Below are positions 1 to 13,333 of a stretch of 64,000 nucleotides of DNA, one piece after another. Origin of the DNA: Vicugna vicugna (taxonomy: Eukaryota); the NCBI GenBank assembly GCA_013265495.1, contig MU058718.1, positions 806,001 through 870,000 of the forward strand, given 5' to 3'. The notes under the pieces were generated by a model that made no database searches, was not told the DNA's origin, and worked only from the letters and a program-made list of their open reading frames with translations. How positions within the stretch are numbered: the first letter of the stretch is position 1; each line of letters opens with the position of its first letter. The translations under genes were made by a program, and so were the position numbers.

Positions 1-429
1 GGAGAAGGAATCCCCCAGAGCTGGACCCCATCTTTTGCAGTAGGAGTGCTGGCCAGCTGGTGCTGATATTTCTGAAGGAGTGCAATAAGCTAGTTCCAGG
101 TATGAGAAAAAAATCATAAACTAAAACTGCTGCTACTCAGGCCAACTGTCACTGCCAGGATCATGACCAGTGCTGCAGGACTGTAGACTAGGAAAAGGAA
201 GCCAACTGTAAGAGGATGTCCCTTCTTCCTCCTCAGGCATTCCAGATTCTTTCCAGCACCTCCTCTGGCAGAGCCTAATAGGAAGCAAACTAGCACAAGA
301 GAATATGTTTGCAAAGTTCTGGCCCCAGTTTTGAAAGCAGAGCACAGAGAGCATGTCTGCAGCCGAGAGACAACAGCCTTGGAGAAAAATCTGGAGGACG
401 ATTTACAGTATCCTCGTGGCAGTGCCGAG

Positions 430-2000
430 GATACAGAGACCTTCCTCAAGAGGACCTGACCTTCCCATCAATCAGGGGAACCCCATCTATGGACTGACTT
501 AGATTTGGAAACTGGGTGAAAGGTCATAACTCTCCATTGTGACAAGTCAGGTTTCTGGCTCCAGACATGGAGTTTTTCCTTCTACGTAGTTCATGTAGCA
601 TTGAGTAGGCCACCTACCTATTTTATTCCCAAGGCTACGTAACCTATTAGCCAGTGTCAAAGATCCTTGTGGGCCAAAACATTCTCTACTTTGTCCTTCA
701 CTGCCCATTATGGGACATATGTCCACCCTGACTCTTTTGCTTATGTGTTGCCACCAGACCTCAGATCAGAAAGTCCACCATAATGGCAGCATCTCACACC
801 ATAATCGACGACCTACAGGGGACACATTAGGGATTTTCAAGGACACAAGTCTCCTTTAGTAGAGCCTTCATAAAGTGTGTCTTCTGCGTCCTGTTGAAGG
901 ATGCAGAAAGGGAACAGGTGGGCAGGCTGCACATAATAAATCCAATCTAATATTCTTATCTTCCTAAGCCTTCAGATTCCTTCGTTATGCCAGGAAAGTT
1001 CTAGCATTTCAACCTTATTAAATATAGGGCACCTCTGACTCCAAGTTTCAGTAAACCAAGTATGAGTTAACACTTTAGATTCAGAATTGTTTGAGAATAC
1101 ACCCAGATCAAAAAATGCAGTCTGATCTATTGTTACATCCTATCCTCCTTGGCCTAACCTACTTACACTCCATTCTCACAAATAATACCCAAATTCATGA
1201 TGATACAAATTAGCAAACTTTTGTAATTCTTTTAGAGGGCTAAGCTATTTCTAACTAGGTCAGGTTTTTGTCCCTGTCCTGTGGAGCATGAAGAGATCTG
1301 GGCCTCGTGGCAAAAAGCGATAGCAGTAGGTCTTGAGTGTAGACAGCCTTTGCAAAGCAACTGCCCTAGAGGAGGTTATTACATGATCTCCAAGCAAGGG
1401 AAGGCTAGTTTTCTCTGACATAGAAAACAGGCTGCTTCCAACAACAAGGGAGGGTCAGAGTGACTGGGGTTTCAAAATTCTCAGCTCTGTCCAAGTTTAT
1501 TTAGATGTTGCCATTCCAAATCTCAGGGCTCCACTTCTTTCCAATCATGTCTTAAATGAGACACCAACATGGCTGTGAAATTCTAATACCAGTATAATTA
1601 AAACTGTGTTCAATTTTTAGCTTTGTGGTTACATGAAGTGAAGTAATTTAGAACCATAAAGACTCCCTGATTCTCTAAGACTTGATCCGAGAGTTTAAAG
1701 ACCTGAGTTCATCATTTTCATTCTGGAAGTGCTCCAGTCGTCTCCCAAGCAACCATCCTGCCCATCCCTCAGTCCCTGTAGTCTCATTACCGCCATGATG
1801 GTCATATACTTTAGCCTCTTGGTCCCCCTAGGCACTTACTTCAGAAATCATTTAATCACAATCAAATAAAGGTTGTAATTTGATTAATTATAATACCAAC
1901 ACGTGCCATGGATTACTAGAATCTTATTTCCCATTGGCAAGGAGCTGAGGAAAGGACCAAACCCAAATCCCATCTTTGAAGGTTCCCCCCCTGGGATCCC
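430..2000 (-). mobile_element. Decayed ERVL-class endogenous retrovirus internal (gag-like) fragment in CGRRF1 intron 1
   Basis: Reverse complement of ~480-760 (…cataatgggcagtgaaggacaaagtag…gatctttgacactggctaatag…cccagtttccaaatctaagtcagtcc…) and ~1080-1200 resembles remembered ERVL gag sequence. No open frame; boundaries approximate. Confidence 0.5.
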
Positions 2001-2029
2001 ATTCTCAATAACAATTCTTTAATCAATAT

Positions 2030-2620
2030 ATTTAGCAGTCCAGTTAGGAGCTCAAAACCACACTGGTTATTTTAACAGATAATTTAATATAAATAAGTTA
2101 ACCAGATGTTGAAGAACTGAAAAGGCGAAAAAGGGGACACTGAGTATCAAAGAAGTGGAAACAGTAGGAAGCAACTATCTCTCCTAGGACAAGGGATAGA
2201 GGAAAGAGGATTACTACAGCTTAGACATTTGGAGGAAAGACTCCTATGCAGCTGGGACTCAGATCTGCAAAATGGGCATTGAAATCTTTGAAGGGGTACA
2301 ATGAGGCTGGTTCTAAGAGAGTGGAAAACTACAAACTGGGACCAACTGCTAATGCCAGAGTGAGGCACTGCTGCTGTGGTGAGACAAATGAGGAAAAGCA
2401 GCTAACAGCAAGCAGCAAGTCCTTTTGCCCTCCTCTAGCCTTCTACTCCCCCTTCCCCTACTGGCAAAGCCTCGCAGAGGCAGTGAGCTGGTGAAGAAGA
2501 AAGATGGCAGAGTATATAAGGGTGGCATGAAGCCGAGAGATGATAACTTAATAATCTGTAGTCAGGAGAAGTGGAGAGTAGCTGCAGAGTCAGGGTCCCC
2601 GATTCTTTGAAACTGTTACA
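2030..2620. mobile_element. Probable ancient LTR adjoining the ERVL-like internal fragment
   Basis: LTR-like composition and position directly 5' (minus sense) of the gag-like sequence. Family not determined; boundaries approximate. Confidence 0.35.
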
Positions 2621-4659
2621 GGGTATATGTGGCATTTTGGTCTCCTTTCTGCACAGTGCCTGGCAAATAGCAAGAGCTTAATGAACGTGAGCTGTTAGAG
2701 CTCACAGAAACCATCATCACATAGTTAAGCAGAGATACAATACTTCCAACTGCATGATTCTCTGCTATTGCTATTGGGATTCCAACAAGCATGTGGTCCT
2801 GTTCTTTCTCCACTCCCACACAGTGCAAGTGGACAAGAACAGTGGAGAGAAGCAACAGAAAGAAACCCAGAGTAGTACTGAGGTAAGAACCATGGCAAAG
2901 AAGACAGATAACTGACAGGGATTATATTTGGGGAGGTTTAAAAAAAATGACAAGAGTGAAAAGCATAGTGGATCAACGGGCTTACCTTTTGTCTGGGGTA
3001 CTATTAGAAAGTTGCTCTTATGAGATCTAGATGGTTTTCACTGTTTCTGTGCAATGAATTTGTGGTCTTGGCTTAGGTTAGCTAATAAACACGAGCGAAA
3101 AGGTTATCTACATGGGCAAAGCTAACCCAGGTGGAGAGAACGGTTGGGGTTAGGCTCAAGATGACTGGTTAGGCCCAAATCAGGATGGAAGTGACCGGCA
3201 CTTACATGCTTCTGTGGCCTCAGACGTGCTTAGTTCAGATTTCCAAAAGTTCTACAATTACCTGGGCTTCCACCCTTGTGAAAGCCATACTTAAATGGAG
3301 TGGTTAGGTAATCATTAAGTTTTCAAACCAAGTCTTAAATTTGGCAGAGCCAGGATTTGAACCTAGGTCTGTCTGATTCCCAAGCCTGTCTCTTAACCTC
3401 TACCAATATGAGGTTCCTGACTACCCTTCACCCACAGATGCCACCCTCAGTATCAGTATGGTCTTCGCTCATTTTCCTCTCCCCAATACTAAAGGCAGAG
3501 AGTTAAGATGTCTAATTAGTTGAATTAGGCCAATTGAAAATTAATTTTTAAATAATTAGGTCTATTGAAAATTAAAATTTAAGGACATACTGCAATTATC
3601 AAACTACTTGTTCTCCTTAATGGAGGAAAATTACATTTCCTGGAGAAAATAACACTAACATTATAGTCAATAAAAATCCTGTGTTGAGACAGCTTTTCTC
3701 ACTTGGGAAACATCTTCCAAATTCCAATTTCAAACTTTCTTGAAATGAATAACTGCAAGAAAATCTGATGGGTCAAGAATAACAAAATGCGTACAATTAG
3801 TCTTAATCTTCCCCCATTAACCAACAAGGAATTTTATGATCTACTGCTGGCAAGGTAGAAAGCAGCATGGAAATGTTAAAACTTTACTTAGTTCCCAATG
3901 GTGGTCTAGTTTCAGAAATTGACAAGGGCTTGTGTCCTTTTTTTAAAGCAACCACGTATGTGATCAAAGTATTTTTAAACTCATTTACACAGTCTGCTCT
4001 ATTCACTAACATGTCTCCTCTGGCCGTTTGCTCACATATTCTCTGAAACGCCTTCTATCCCCTGCTATACACCTTTAGCTCCATTTATTTTTCAAAATAT
4101 TCATTTCTCAAAATCCAGCTCATGTCTCTCTCCTCAACGGATGGACCAGTAAGATGGTTTCAACTAGCTGTATTTATAAGGCTTCCCTAAACATGATACA
4201 ATGGCATCTACTCAAGAGAGAAATTTTAGAATCTTTGAGCTAGAAGAATTGCTCAGGGATGATCTAACAGTCTACTCTCCTTGTCTTACCCCTTAGTGTA
4301 AGTTATCTCTAAGGTCTCTTTCGCCTCTAAAATTATGTTTTTATAGGTCTATTGACTAAATATTCCTTCAAAAAAAAAAGTGTGGAATGTGTGTAGAAAC
4401 CATTAAGTTCTCAAACGGTAATAGAGTTCAGTTACAAGTTACCCTGAAAAGATCTGGGGCCAAGTGCTCAATTCAGGTCAGAAGAACAACAATCAGCCTG
4501 GTTTACTGTCCACGTCTGTGCACTGTACCGCAGGTGACGGATTCACTCTGGGCACACAGTAGGCCCCAATTCCGGAGAGAAGCCCGTTGTACAAGCCCTC
4601 TGTCCTAACACTAAGACAAGGCCCTAATTGGCTGCTTTAATCACCTAGAAACAAAGCTA

Positions 4660-5420
4660 GCTAAAATACCTCAATCCGGCACCACCCCCTGATGCCCGCA
4701 GCGACGGTGACGGGGCGGTGATGCAGGGCAGTGATGCAGGTGCGGTGTCCACCTTGTTTTCCTCCCGGAGCGGGTCGGAGCCCGCGGCACCGGCTCTCCA
4801 ACAGCTCCAGGAGCCCCAGCCCAGCAGCCTCCCAGCTCCTCTGCCCCCTGCTGCCAGCCGCGACCCCACTCCCTGACTGTCTGCCCCTCCGTCCATTTCC
4901 CCTAGCCCCGGGGGACTTACCATCCCAACACCAGGCCAGTGGTCACGATGAAGCAGGTAAACACCACCGCGATGTAGAAAAGCGGCGAGTACTCATACAG
5001 CGTTACTAGAAACACCGCAGCCATCAGGGTTTCCTAAGCTGAACCAGGCTCCAGCCGCCCAGCTCAGCCCAGCCCAGCCCAGTCCGGCCCGTTTGGCCGG
5101 GGTAGAAGCCAATACGGTGCCCCAGAGCGGACAAACTTTGTAGATCCGCATTCGCCCGGAGTTCTTGTAGGCTACAAGTAGGGGTAGCCTCGCGGGCTAT
5201 GGAAAGCGGCGTACCAATCAAGAGGTCGCCTGCAGGGCTCGCCCCGCCCTTCCCGCTGCGGTCCCGAGTTATTGGCTTCGGGTCCCGACTCGCCCCGCCC
5301 CCGGCTCCTGGGATTGGTATCCAGCGCGCGTCTTCTTTGGCAATCTGAACTAGCTGTCCACGCTTTTTTTTGAGGCAAATTCTAAACTGATATCGGGGCC
5401 AACCCCGTCCCAGACTCAGG
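4660..5420 (-). promoter_or_regulatory. CGRRF1: CGRRF1 CpG-island promoter with CCAAT and GC boxes
   Basis: CpG-rich region around exon 1. CCAAT/ATTGG at 5109-5113, 5214-5218, 5271-5275 and 5313-5317; GC boxes CCCCGCCC at 5242-5249 and 5293-5301. Confidence 0.8.
4921..5024 (-). CDS. CGRRF1: Cell growth regulator with RING finger domain 1, coding exon 1 (remaining exons beyond left edge)
   Basis: ATG at 5024 reads MAAVFLVTLYEYSPLFYIAVVFTCFIVTTGLVLG(W), the recognisable hydrophobic N-terminus of CGRRF1. It ends at a perfect GTAAGT donor (4920-4915). The expected neighbours GMFB and CNIH1 are present. Confidence 0.93.
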
Positions 5421-5871
5421 TAAGGTCTTCTGATGCCAGAGAGAGGTGGCACAGTCCGAAACTCCCGTCACAGAGTCTACGTCCTCAAACTCTGCACGTT
5501 AGGTCTGAGACAGATGTGGGAGGACAAGGAGGGCCGGCATCTAGAGTTCTACAAAGTGAAGTAACCTCACCCCTGTTCTTGTTTTACCTACAGAGCTTAT
5601 GGTACTGTACGAAACACCAGAAGGGGTCACACAAGCAGTTTATAGGAGCCTTGTCAGCCTTTTCAAATTGGATTTGAAAATTAACTTTGGGTATCAAGAT
5701 TCTCAGAAATAAATCAACTGCCCTCCCGCATCCCTTTTTCCCTTCCCCCTATACCTCTCAGATCAGAATTAGATATTTGAACCTCTTATATTAATTTTCA
5801 CTTTAATAATAATTTAAAATTTTATTATGTGTTTGTGTGTATATGTGCATATGTATACACATACGTATATA

Positions 5872-6047
5872 CAGTTGACCCTTGAACAATGTAGGTTTGA
5901 ACTGCACGGGTACCCTTACAGGAGGATATTTTCAATAGTAAATCCTATAGTACTACACGATCTATGGTTGGTTGAATCCATGGTTGCGAAGGCACCGCGG
6001 ATATCAATTAAAGTTACACCTGGATTACCCCTGCTTTGTTCAGGGTT
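5872..6047. mobile_element. Tigger/MER2-group DNA transposon MITE (MER8/Tigger2-like)
   Basis: TA-flanked terminal sequence CAGTTGACCCTTGAACAA…, with a degenerate inverted end ttgttcaggg near 6037-6047. Confidence 0.65.
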
Positions 6048-6064
6048 TCCCCCTACACCTACAC

Positions 6065-6145
6065 CTCTCTCTCTCTCTCTCTCTCTCGCTATACACACAC
6101 ACACACATATGTATACATGTATATATATGTATATATATAATATAT
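6065..6145. repeat. Compound (CT)n(CA)n(TA)n microsatellite
   Basis: Directly visible dinucleotide runs. Confidence 0.85.
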
Positions 6146-8077
6146 GGGTTTTTTTTTAACTGAGCAGAAACGTTTAATTACAAGAAGGGAGCAGAATGCT
6201 CACCCCCCCTCTTCATCCTCCTTGGGTCAGCTCCATCAGGGTAGCCTCCCTGGAAATCTCTCGCAGTACTTTCACTGACATCTTACTGGTTTGTGGTTAG
6301 TCCCAAGGCTGCACCTAACTACCACAGAGACAAAGAAATGCAGTCTTGTATTCTGAGCAGCAACATCCCTTGCTACAGATTAGTGTTTTGTAACCACGGA
6401 AGAAAAGGACAAAGGACCTAGGGACAGATAACTAGTAGTCCCTCCACTCTCTCAAATTACCAATAAAATTACTGCTGGAGGAAGATGAGCTAAATTTGTC
6501 CTACAGCTTCACCTATCCCTTGATGAGTGACCATGTATTGTGTATTCTCTGGAGTAGTGTTGGGTGAGAAACCTGGTTCCACAGCATAATTTTTAATGAC
6601 TATGTATATGATTTATGAAAGTTCATAGTTTATTTAATCAGTTCTCAGTTGTGGGACTTTTATATTATTGTAAACAAGACTGCAATGACATTCTTAAAGC
6701 TAAATCTTTACCTTGAGGTAAATTTCTAGAGGTGGAGGAACTTTTGGCTCAAAAAGTATGTATGTCTTAAGCCTTTGGAGAAACACTATTCACCAGAAAC
6801 GTTGTACCAAATTACACTCCCACCATTTTCATCCTCAGTTTTGTCATTATTTGATATTGTCACTTAACAAAAATCTTGGCTAATGTGAAAGGCAATTCCA
6901 TTGCAATAAACAATAAGGAATTTTCATAATGAAAACAAAAATGTAAGGAGTTCCAAGCTAAAGTGGTATATTAAACATATGCCTATAATGTTGCTCTCTC
7001 CCAAAACTCCACTAAAACAACATCAAAGGGATTTTTAAATAAATCAGCAAAAACAAGAAGAATGGGCAATAAACTAACAGCAGCAACATATTGAAGGATG
7101 GAAAACAGATGAACAAGGATAATTCACTAACCAGGCTATTAAGCCAAATCCCAAACCAGCAGTGGAGAAAACAGACCGAATCTGATTTACATTGAAGAAT
7201 TCTCAAAATGCACAAGAACTAACCCAAATTTAACTCAAGCCCTTATTTCCCACTTAGATAACTGCTATAACCATTGAAACTTGTCACTTTACTTCCAACA
7301 TAGGTTCTTTCTAGTACATTCTACAGAGCACTGGCAAAAATGACTTTTTAACACACACATACATTTTAATTTTTAAACACATGTCTTATTTTACGCTACT
7401 GCTGATAATTCTTGATTGCCATGCTATATATGCTTGAGGATGAAGTCCCAAGTGCCTTGTTTGGCATACCCACCTCTACGTGACTCAACTCCCACTCACC
7501 TCTTACTTATTCATTCAGCAGATGTTTGTTAAGTGTCAGATATGTGCCAGAAACTGCAGAAAGCATGAGATACAATAATAAACAAAAAGTAACATATCTC
7601 TGTTCTTATGGAGTTTAACATCTAATGGAAAAGACAAACATTAACCAAAGAATCTTGAACAAAATATAAAGGCAAAATGATGGTAAGTTCTATTAAAAAT
7701 AGGCACATGCAGCTATGAGAACATATAATGGGGGAATGGGGAAATGCAAGGAAGATCAGGGAAGGATTCCTTAAAGAACAGATGATTGATCTGAGAGCTG
7801 AGGGAGAGAGATTTAGCAGCCAAAGGGATAGGAGGGGAGAAGGAGCATTTAGGATGGAAGCTACAGCATGTGCAAAGGCCCCAAGGTGGGAAAATCAGCA
7901 TATCTGAGACAATGAAAGGCCAGTATGACTAAAGCCTGGAGAATGAGGAGGAGCATTCTATGAGATGAAACTGGAAAGATAGGTACTGCCCAGACCATTC
8001 AGGAGTTTTAGCATTTTAACTACTCAACCTTACGCTAAGAGCACTGAGAAGCTACTGATATGATTGAAGAAGGGGAG

Positions 8078-8511
8078 TGTTATGGACTGAATTGTGTCAC
8101 CCCAAAATTTGTAAGTTAAAGCTCTAACCCCCAATGTTACTGTATTTGGAGATAGGGCCTTTAAGAAAGTAAATTAAACTTAAGTGAAGTCATAAGGGTG
8201 AGACCCTAATCCAACAGGACTGGTGTCCTTATTTAAAAAAAAAAAGACAAAAAAAGAAGAGATACCAGTGATCACGCTCTGTGTGTGTGTGTGTGTGCAC
8301 GCGCACACACACACACGCAGAGAAAAGGCCATGTGAGGACACTGCAAGAAAGCAGCTGTCTGCAAACCAATGAAGAGAGTTCTCTCTAGAAAGCCTGCTG
8401 GCACCTTGATCTTGGATTTCTAGCCTCCAGAACTGTGAGAAAATGAGTTTCTTGTGTTTTAGTCACCCAGTCTGTGGTATTCTATTATGACAGCCTAGGC
8501 AGACTAATACA
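8078..8511 (+). mobile_element. MaLR solo LTR (MLT1A/B-like) with 5-bp target-site duplication
   Basis: Starts TGTTATGGACTGAATTGTGTC and ends GACTAATACA; flanked by GGGAG at 8073-8077 and 8512-8516. Confidence 0.85.
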
Positions 8512-8689
8512 GGGAGTGACATTCTATTTGCTTTTTGAATCAATCACTTTAGCTATTGTGTAGAAAACTCACTGGAAGAAGCCTGAGATGGATATGAGTG
8601 AATATGTGGATATCAGCTAATAGGTTCTTTCAAAAGTCCAGGCATGAAATATTGGTAACTCTGATTAGGAAATTGATGAGTGGATTATT

Positions 8690-9160
8690 AGTTAGATATG
8701 ATTTCAACTGTGAGTGACTAAATAAATAAATAACAGTATCTTACTTGAGATAGACGTTTATTTCTCTTTCAGGTGAACATCCCGAGGTAGGTCATATAGG
8801 ACTGATACAGTGCTCCACAGTGCAAGGGACCAAGCTTCTGTTTTGTTCCCCTATGCTGTAGCCCCTTGCTAAGGTCACCTCATGGTTCAAGATTCCTGCT
8901 GCAGTTCTAGCCATTGCATCTATATTCCTATTAGCAGGAGGGAGAAAAGAAAAAATGAGACTCCACTTCAATTTGAGGAAGCTGTAAGGATACACCACAC
9001 ATTCCATTGGCCAAAACTCAGCCTCATGCTCACATTTAACTGGAAGGGAGGCTGGAAAATACAATCTTTGTTCAGGGTGGCCATGCATCCAGCTAAAACT
9101 AGAAGGTTCTATCACTTATAGAAGGAGAAAACAAAGTTTGAAGGAGAGCCAGGAGTCTGT
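8690..9160. mobile_element. Old MaLR LTR fragment (MLT1J/K-like)
   Basis: Motifs cattccattggccaaaactcag…ggaagggaggctggaaaat typical of old MLT1 elements; boundaries approximate. Confidence 0.5.
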
Positions 9161-9710
9161 CACAAAGAAGTAGACAGGACCTAATTGATGGACTGAACAT
9201 GGGGCTTGAGAGAGAAGCAGGAGTTGAAGTTTCTGGTTTCTTTCATCAGATGAGTGGATGGAGCTGTCATTCACTGAGATTAGATCCTAAATCTCCAGTC
9301 TCTCACCGTTTATCCCTATTTCCCTTCCCTCATCCCCTCCAGATACTAATCTTAGGCCTACTTAATTACCAATCTTCTAAAAAAACATTAGAGATGCACA
9401 TATTTAAGGCTCAGCTGCAGCACATACCATTTGGAGGCCCATTCTGAGAGGGTGAACACAAAATTACAAATGCAGAATTAAGTATAAGGACTTAGAAGGG
9501 GCCCAGGAAAACAAGCGGCCCCTAAACTTAAACTTCGTTCAGTTTAGGGTATTTTAAGTCTCACCTTTATTTTGTGTATTGCCGAGAACAAAATTGTAAG
9601 ATGCTGTGGATTGTTAGGTGCATCCTCATTTCAGAGAAGTTAAAATGTGGAGGGGAAATGAATCTTAAAATTAGTGAAACAAACTTTTTGCAGATCTCAG
9701 AACTGGCCGT

Positions 9711-10220
9711 TGTATTATTCAGAGAGGAAGGGAGACAGAGAGGGAGAGGAAGAGGGAGCGAGGCGGGGGTGGGGGGAGAGAGGGAGAGAGAGATTTATTA
9801 TGAGGAATTGGCTCACATGATGTCGAAGCTGACAAGTCCCACAGTCAGCTGGAGAGCCAGGAAAACCAGTGGTTTAATTCAGTCCAAGTCTGAAGGCCTG
9901 AGAACCAGGGGAGTCAGTGGTATAAATCCCAGTCCAAAGGTAGAAGACCAATGTTCCAGCTCAACCAGGCAAACAGGTAGGAAAAAAAGGGTGTGTGTGT
10001 GGTGAGGGAGGGAAGAATGCCTCCTTGCTCTCCCTTTTGCTCTATTCAGGCTCTCAAGGGATTGGAGGATGCCCACCCACACTGGGGAGGGGCATCTACT
10101 TTGCCAAGTGCATTGACTCAATGCTAATCTCGTCCAGAAACACTCAACAGACACACCCAGAAATAACGTTTAATCTAAGCAACCCGCAGAGAAGTCAAGT
10201 TGCAGATAAAATTAATCACA
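9711..10220 (-). mobile_element. ERVL solo LTR (MLT2-like)
   Basis: gagatttattatgaggaattggctcacatgat…gtccaagtctgaaggcctgagaaccagggga…cacacccagaaataa…aaaattaatcaca matches the MLT2 reverse strand as remembered. Confidence 0.8.
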
Positions 10221-12286
10221 GCTTTGGACATACACTCTTCTCTTTGCCTGAAACGCCCTTCTTGTTTCCTCCTCCTACTCCTGGTGAACTTTTGGTTGTT
10301 CTTAAGACTGAGCTCTGAAGTACCCTTCTCTAGGAAGCCTTCCTAGGCACTTCCCAACCCTTGGGGAGATGCGTCTCCTATCGTACACAGTGTGGACCTA
10401 GATGGGGTCCCCCTGACTCTGGCGAAAGCATCTGCTCACTAGTCCATCTGATCTCCTAGGTCCCCAGCTCCCCGAGTGCAGGAATGACACTTAATTGATG
10501 TGTGTCACCAGCACCAAGCATATGTCTTGTAGCTGCTCAGCACCTGTTTACAGGAGTGGAGGGAGAGAGGGAGGGAATTCTCCTCCAGGAGATAACTTGG
10601 CAGCACAAAGTATCTATATTAGGCTTAAAAATGTATGAGTCTCCGATGAAAAGAAAGAATGGCTCTTTATTGTCTATAACTGATGTAGTTTTGCTCTATA
10701 ATCCCCACCCCACTGAATAGGGGAAGGGTAAGAGAGGATAATAAGGGCTTAAATTTATCAACTAAAGGTATCAATTACCTTTATCAATGTCTCTTCAAGT
10801 CTAACTGCCCCTTTTGGGTAGCTGGACTCTTTCAGGAAAATTCCTAATCTCTCCTCTTTCTCCTCCCTCTTCTCTTGCTTCTCCCTAAGATGGTATCGGA
10901 TTGTATGGGGTATTCACCTGATCTAATGGTAGGGCTGGGAAAATGAGGCCTTGCTCTGCACACCTGTGAGTCCTCAATAAGGCGACGCAGGTTTCATTTG
11001 GCCTTTTGTGGCCGCGGGCAGGCAGCCACTCCTGAGATCCAGGGTTCTAGCCATTTCGCTCTGGTTGTAAAGCCCTCAAGCACTAGTTTAGCTGTTCAGA
11101 AGACTGTTCAGCATGTCCAGGTGTACTTCCTGGGGGAATGCATGAAAGTATAGTTCCCCCACTTGTCCCCTGTAGGCCAGTAAGAACCTCAAGAGATCAA
11201 ACTAGGCCACCTCTGCCACTGAACACTGATGCTCCTGAGTTATGTGCAAGGAGATGCAGAGCCAAATGTAAGGCCTCCCCTCCTTTCTTTGAGAGAAAGT
11301 GGACGACCCAGCCCAATATCTTTAGGTTCTCCAATCCCATACCTACTCGGATGCTTTCCTACAAGCCCTCCTTGCCACCCATTCTGAGACTTCTGCCTGA
11401 AGGGGCAGCCAGTACAGGTTGGGCACGACTGCCTGCTACACTTACCCAAGCCCCTTCTCCCCATGCGCCACCAGATCGGAAGGGAGACTTTCTCTCCTTC
11501 CCACTCAGCAGGTACCTTCCTTATGTTAGAGCCTCAGTTTTCTCTACCATATGGTATATATTAAATGCCACTTTTAATTTTGCCAGGGTATGGATTTTGA
11601 AATGTTAATGGAGCTTTACAATTTTATACAACCTTTCTGTCTGCCTTTTCCAAGACTTCTGTATTTCTTTGGAGCCCAGAATCCCATTTTGGTAGTCAAA
11701 AGCTGCTTGCTTTCTTTTGTGTTCCTGAGATCACAGTTCTATTTATCCTTTGAGGCTGATAGATGCTTCTGGTTGATCAAGGAGATGGTCTCATGACAAA
11801 TACAAAAAATATTAACATGTTTTTTAAAAAAAACTGTTTCCATTATATATTTTTCTTGGAGCTGCCAACCCTTTCATTCATTTTATATGAACTTTCTATC
11901 TCCCACATTATTTCTTGGAAGGTTAAATTTATCTGTATTTTGGAGATACCAAGAGGAATATAATAAGCATCATAACTCTGAGTTTCAAACTTTGAGACAA
12001 TCACTGCACAACAGAATTGAATGAATGTGCATTTTGGGTATGATCTTATAGATGACAGGAATTGTGAAAAATCTTAGAGTACTTTGGCAGAACCTAACCT
12101 TTTGTAGCCTGTTGAACTTCCAAGTCCTTCTAGTAAAAAAACCCTCATAGTCTTAGAGTTTGTGCTTCTGTCATCTGTATATACTAAGTGTCAGGGGGCT
12201 ACTGGAAACCTGTTCCAACTGAGCTGACATTGAGGGTTAATGTGGTGCTTCATCTGTGGCCCAGAGCTTGGGACATTCATCTAGAA

Positions 12287-12503
12287 CAGCTGCTCTCAAC
12301 TAGGGGTGATTCCCACCTTTGTGCCCTGGAGACATTTGACAATGTCTGGACACATTTTGGTTGTCACACGGGGGAGGGGCTACCGGCCTCTCGTGGGTAG
12401 AGGCCAGGGATGTTGCTACGGTCTCTAATGTCCAGCACAGCCCACCCACAACAAGGAATGATCTGACTCCAAAGGTCAATAATGTTGAAGTTGAAAAACC
12501 CTG
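12287..12503 (+). mobile_element. MER20 (hAT-Charlie) DNA transposon
   Basis: CAG…ctcaactaggggtgatt…ggagacatttgacaatgtctggacacatttt…gtagaggccagggatgttgcta…gaaaaaccCTG; degenerate 8-bp TSD atctagaa/atacagaa. Confidence 0.8.
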
Positions 12504-13333
12504 ATACAGAAATTTCTATTGGTTTTGGGCACTTCTCACCAAATCACCCTGGTCCAGGCAAGCTATATGCCCTAGATTACTACCATATTCTCCTCAGTGG
12601 TTTCCTGGCTTGTCTATTTCCCACAGTTGATTTTTTTTAACTTAAAAAAATTTAATTCTTAATTTACATACAGTAAAATTCATCATGTCCGGTGTCCAGT
12701 GTCCAGTTCACGTCATCACAATTGAGATACAGAATGGTAGCTCAGTTTTCAAAGTCTTTACTGTGCTGTTTGGGTCTGTTCCTCACATGAGCCACTCAGT
12801 GGTTAATCTGAGTCTTGGATGTGGTTTGTATTGTAGTTAAGTTCTCAAAGTCTTTGCCGTGCTTCTAACGATGTGTTCTGCACATGTGGGGCTTGGGTAT
12901 GTGCCCGGTGTCAGTTCCAGTCTTTCCTCCTCGGGATTTCCTCTACACCCTCTGACTCCCAGAGGCCCCTTTCACTGTTCTTCTGGCCTGAAAGATGAGA
13001 CCCTTTTCCAAATTCCTCTATGCAGAAAGATGGATTTTCTCTCAGGGTTTTAGGTGCCTCAGCCCCTGCTCTGCTGTAACAACGCCAATTTGACTGGTGT
13101 TGCCTTCGGGGCAAGGCTCAGAGAGAAAAAAGGGAGATTCCTTCTACACTCTCCTGTTCCCAGGGGCCCCTTTTCCCAACCCCTTGGCTAGGAGGAAGAG
13201 TTTCTCTTGGAGGTTTTGCTTTCCCTGCTTTACTGACTCAGTCTGCTCTCAAGTCAGGCAGTAAAGGAGGAAAAAGAACTAGAAAACTCACCAGCACCAT
13301 ACTAGTCATTTGTCAAGTTCTAACTTCTTGCGG

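Noticed and set aside
4000..4130. p53 response elements in CGRRF1 intron 1 (catgtct cores)
   Set aside because: Only isolated imperfect half-sites, with no paired RRRCWWGYYY decamers.
4657..5452. ORFs of 68-142 aa around the CGRRF1 promoter
   Set aside because: CpG-island artefacts; the genuine exon (4921-5024, minus) is defined by protein identity and its donor.
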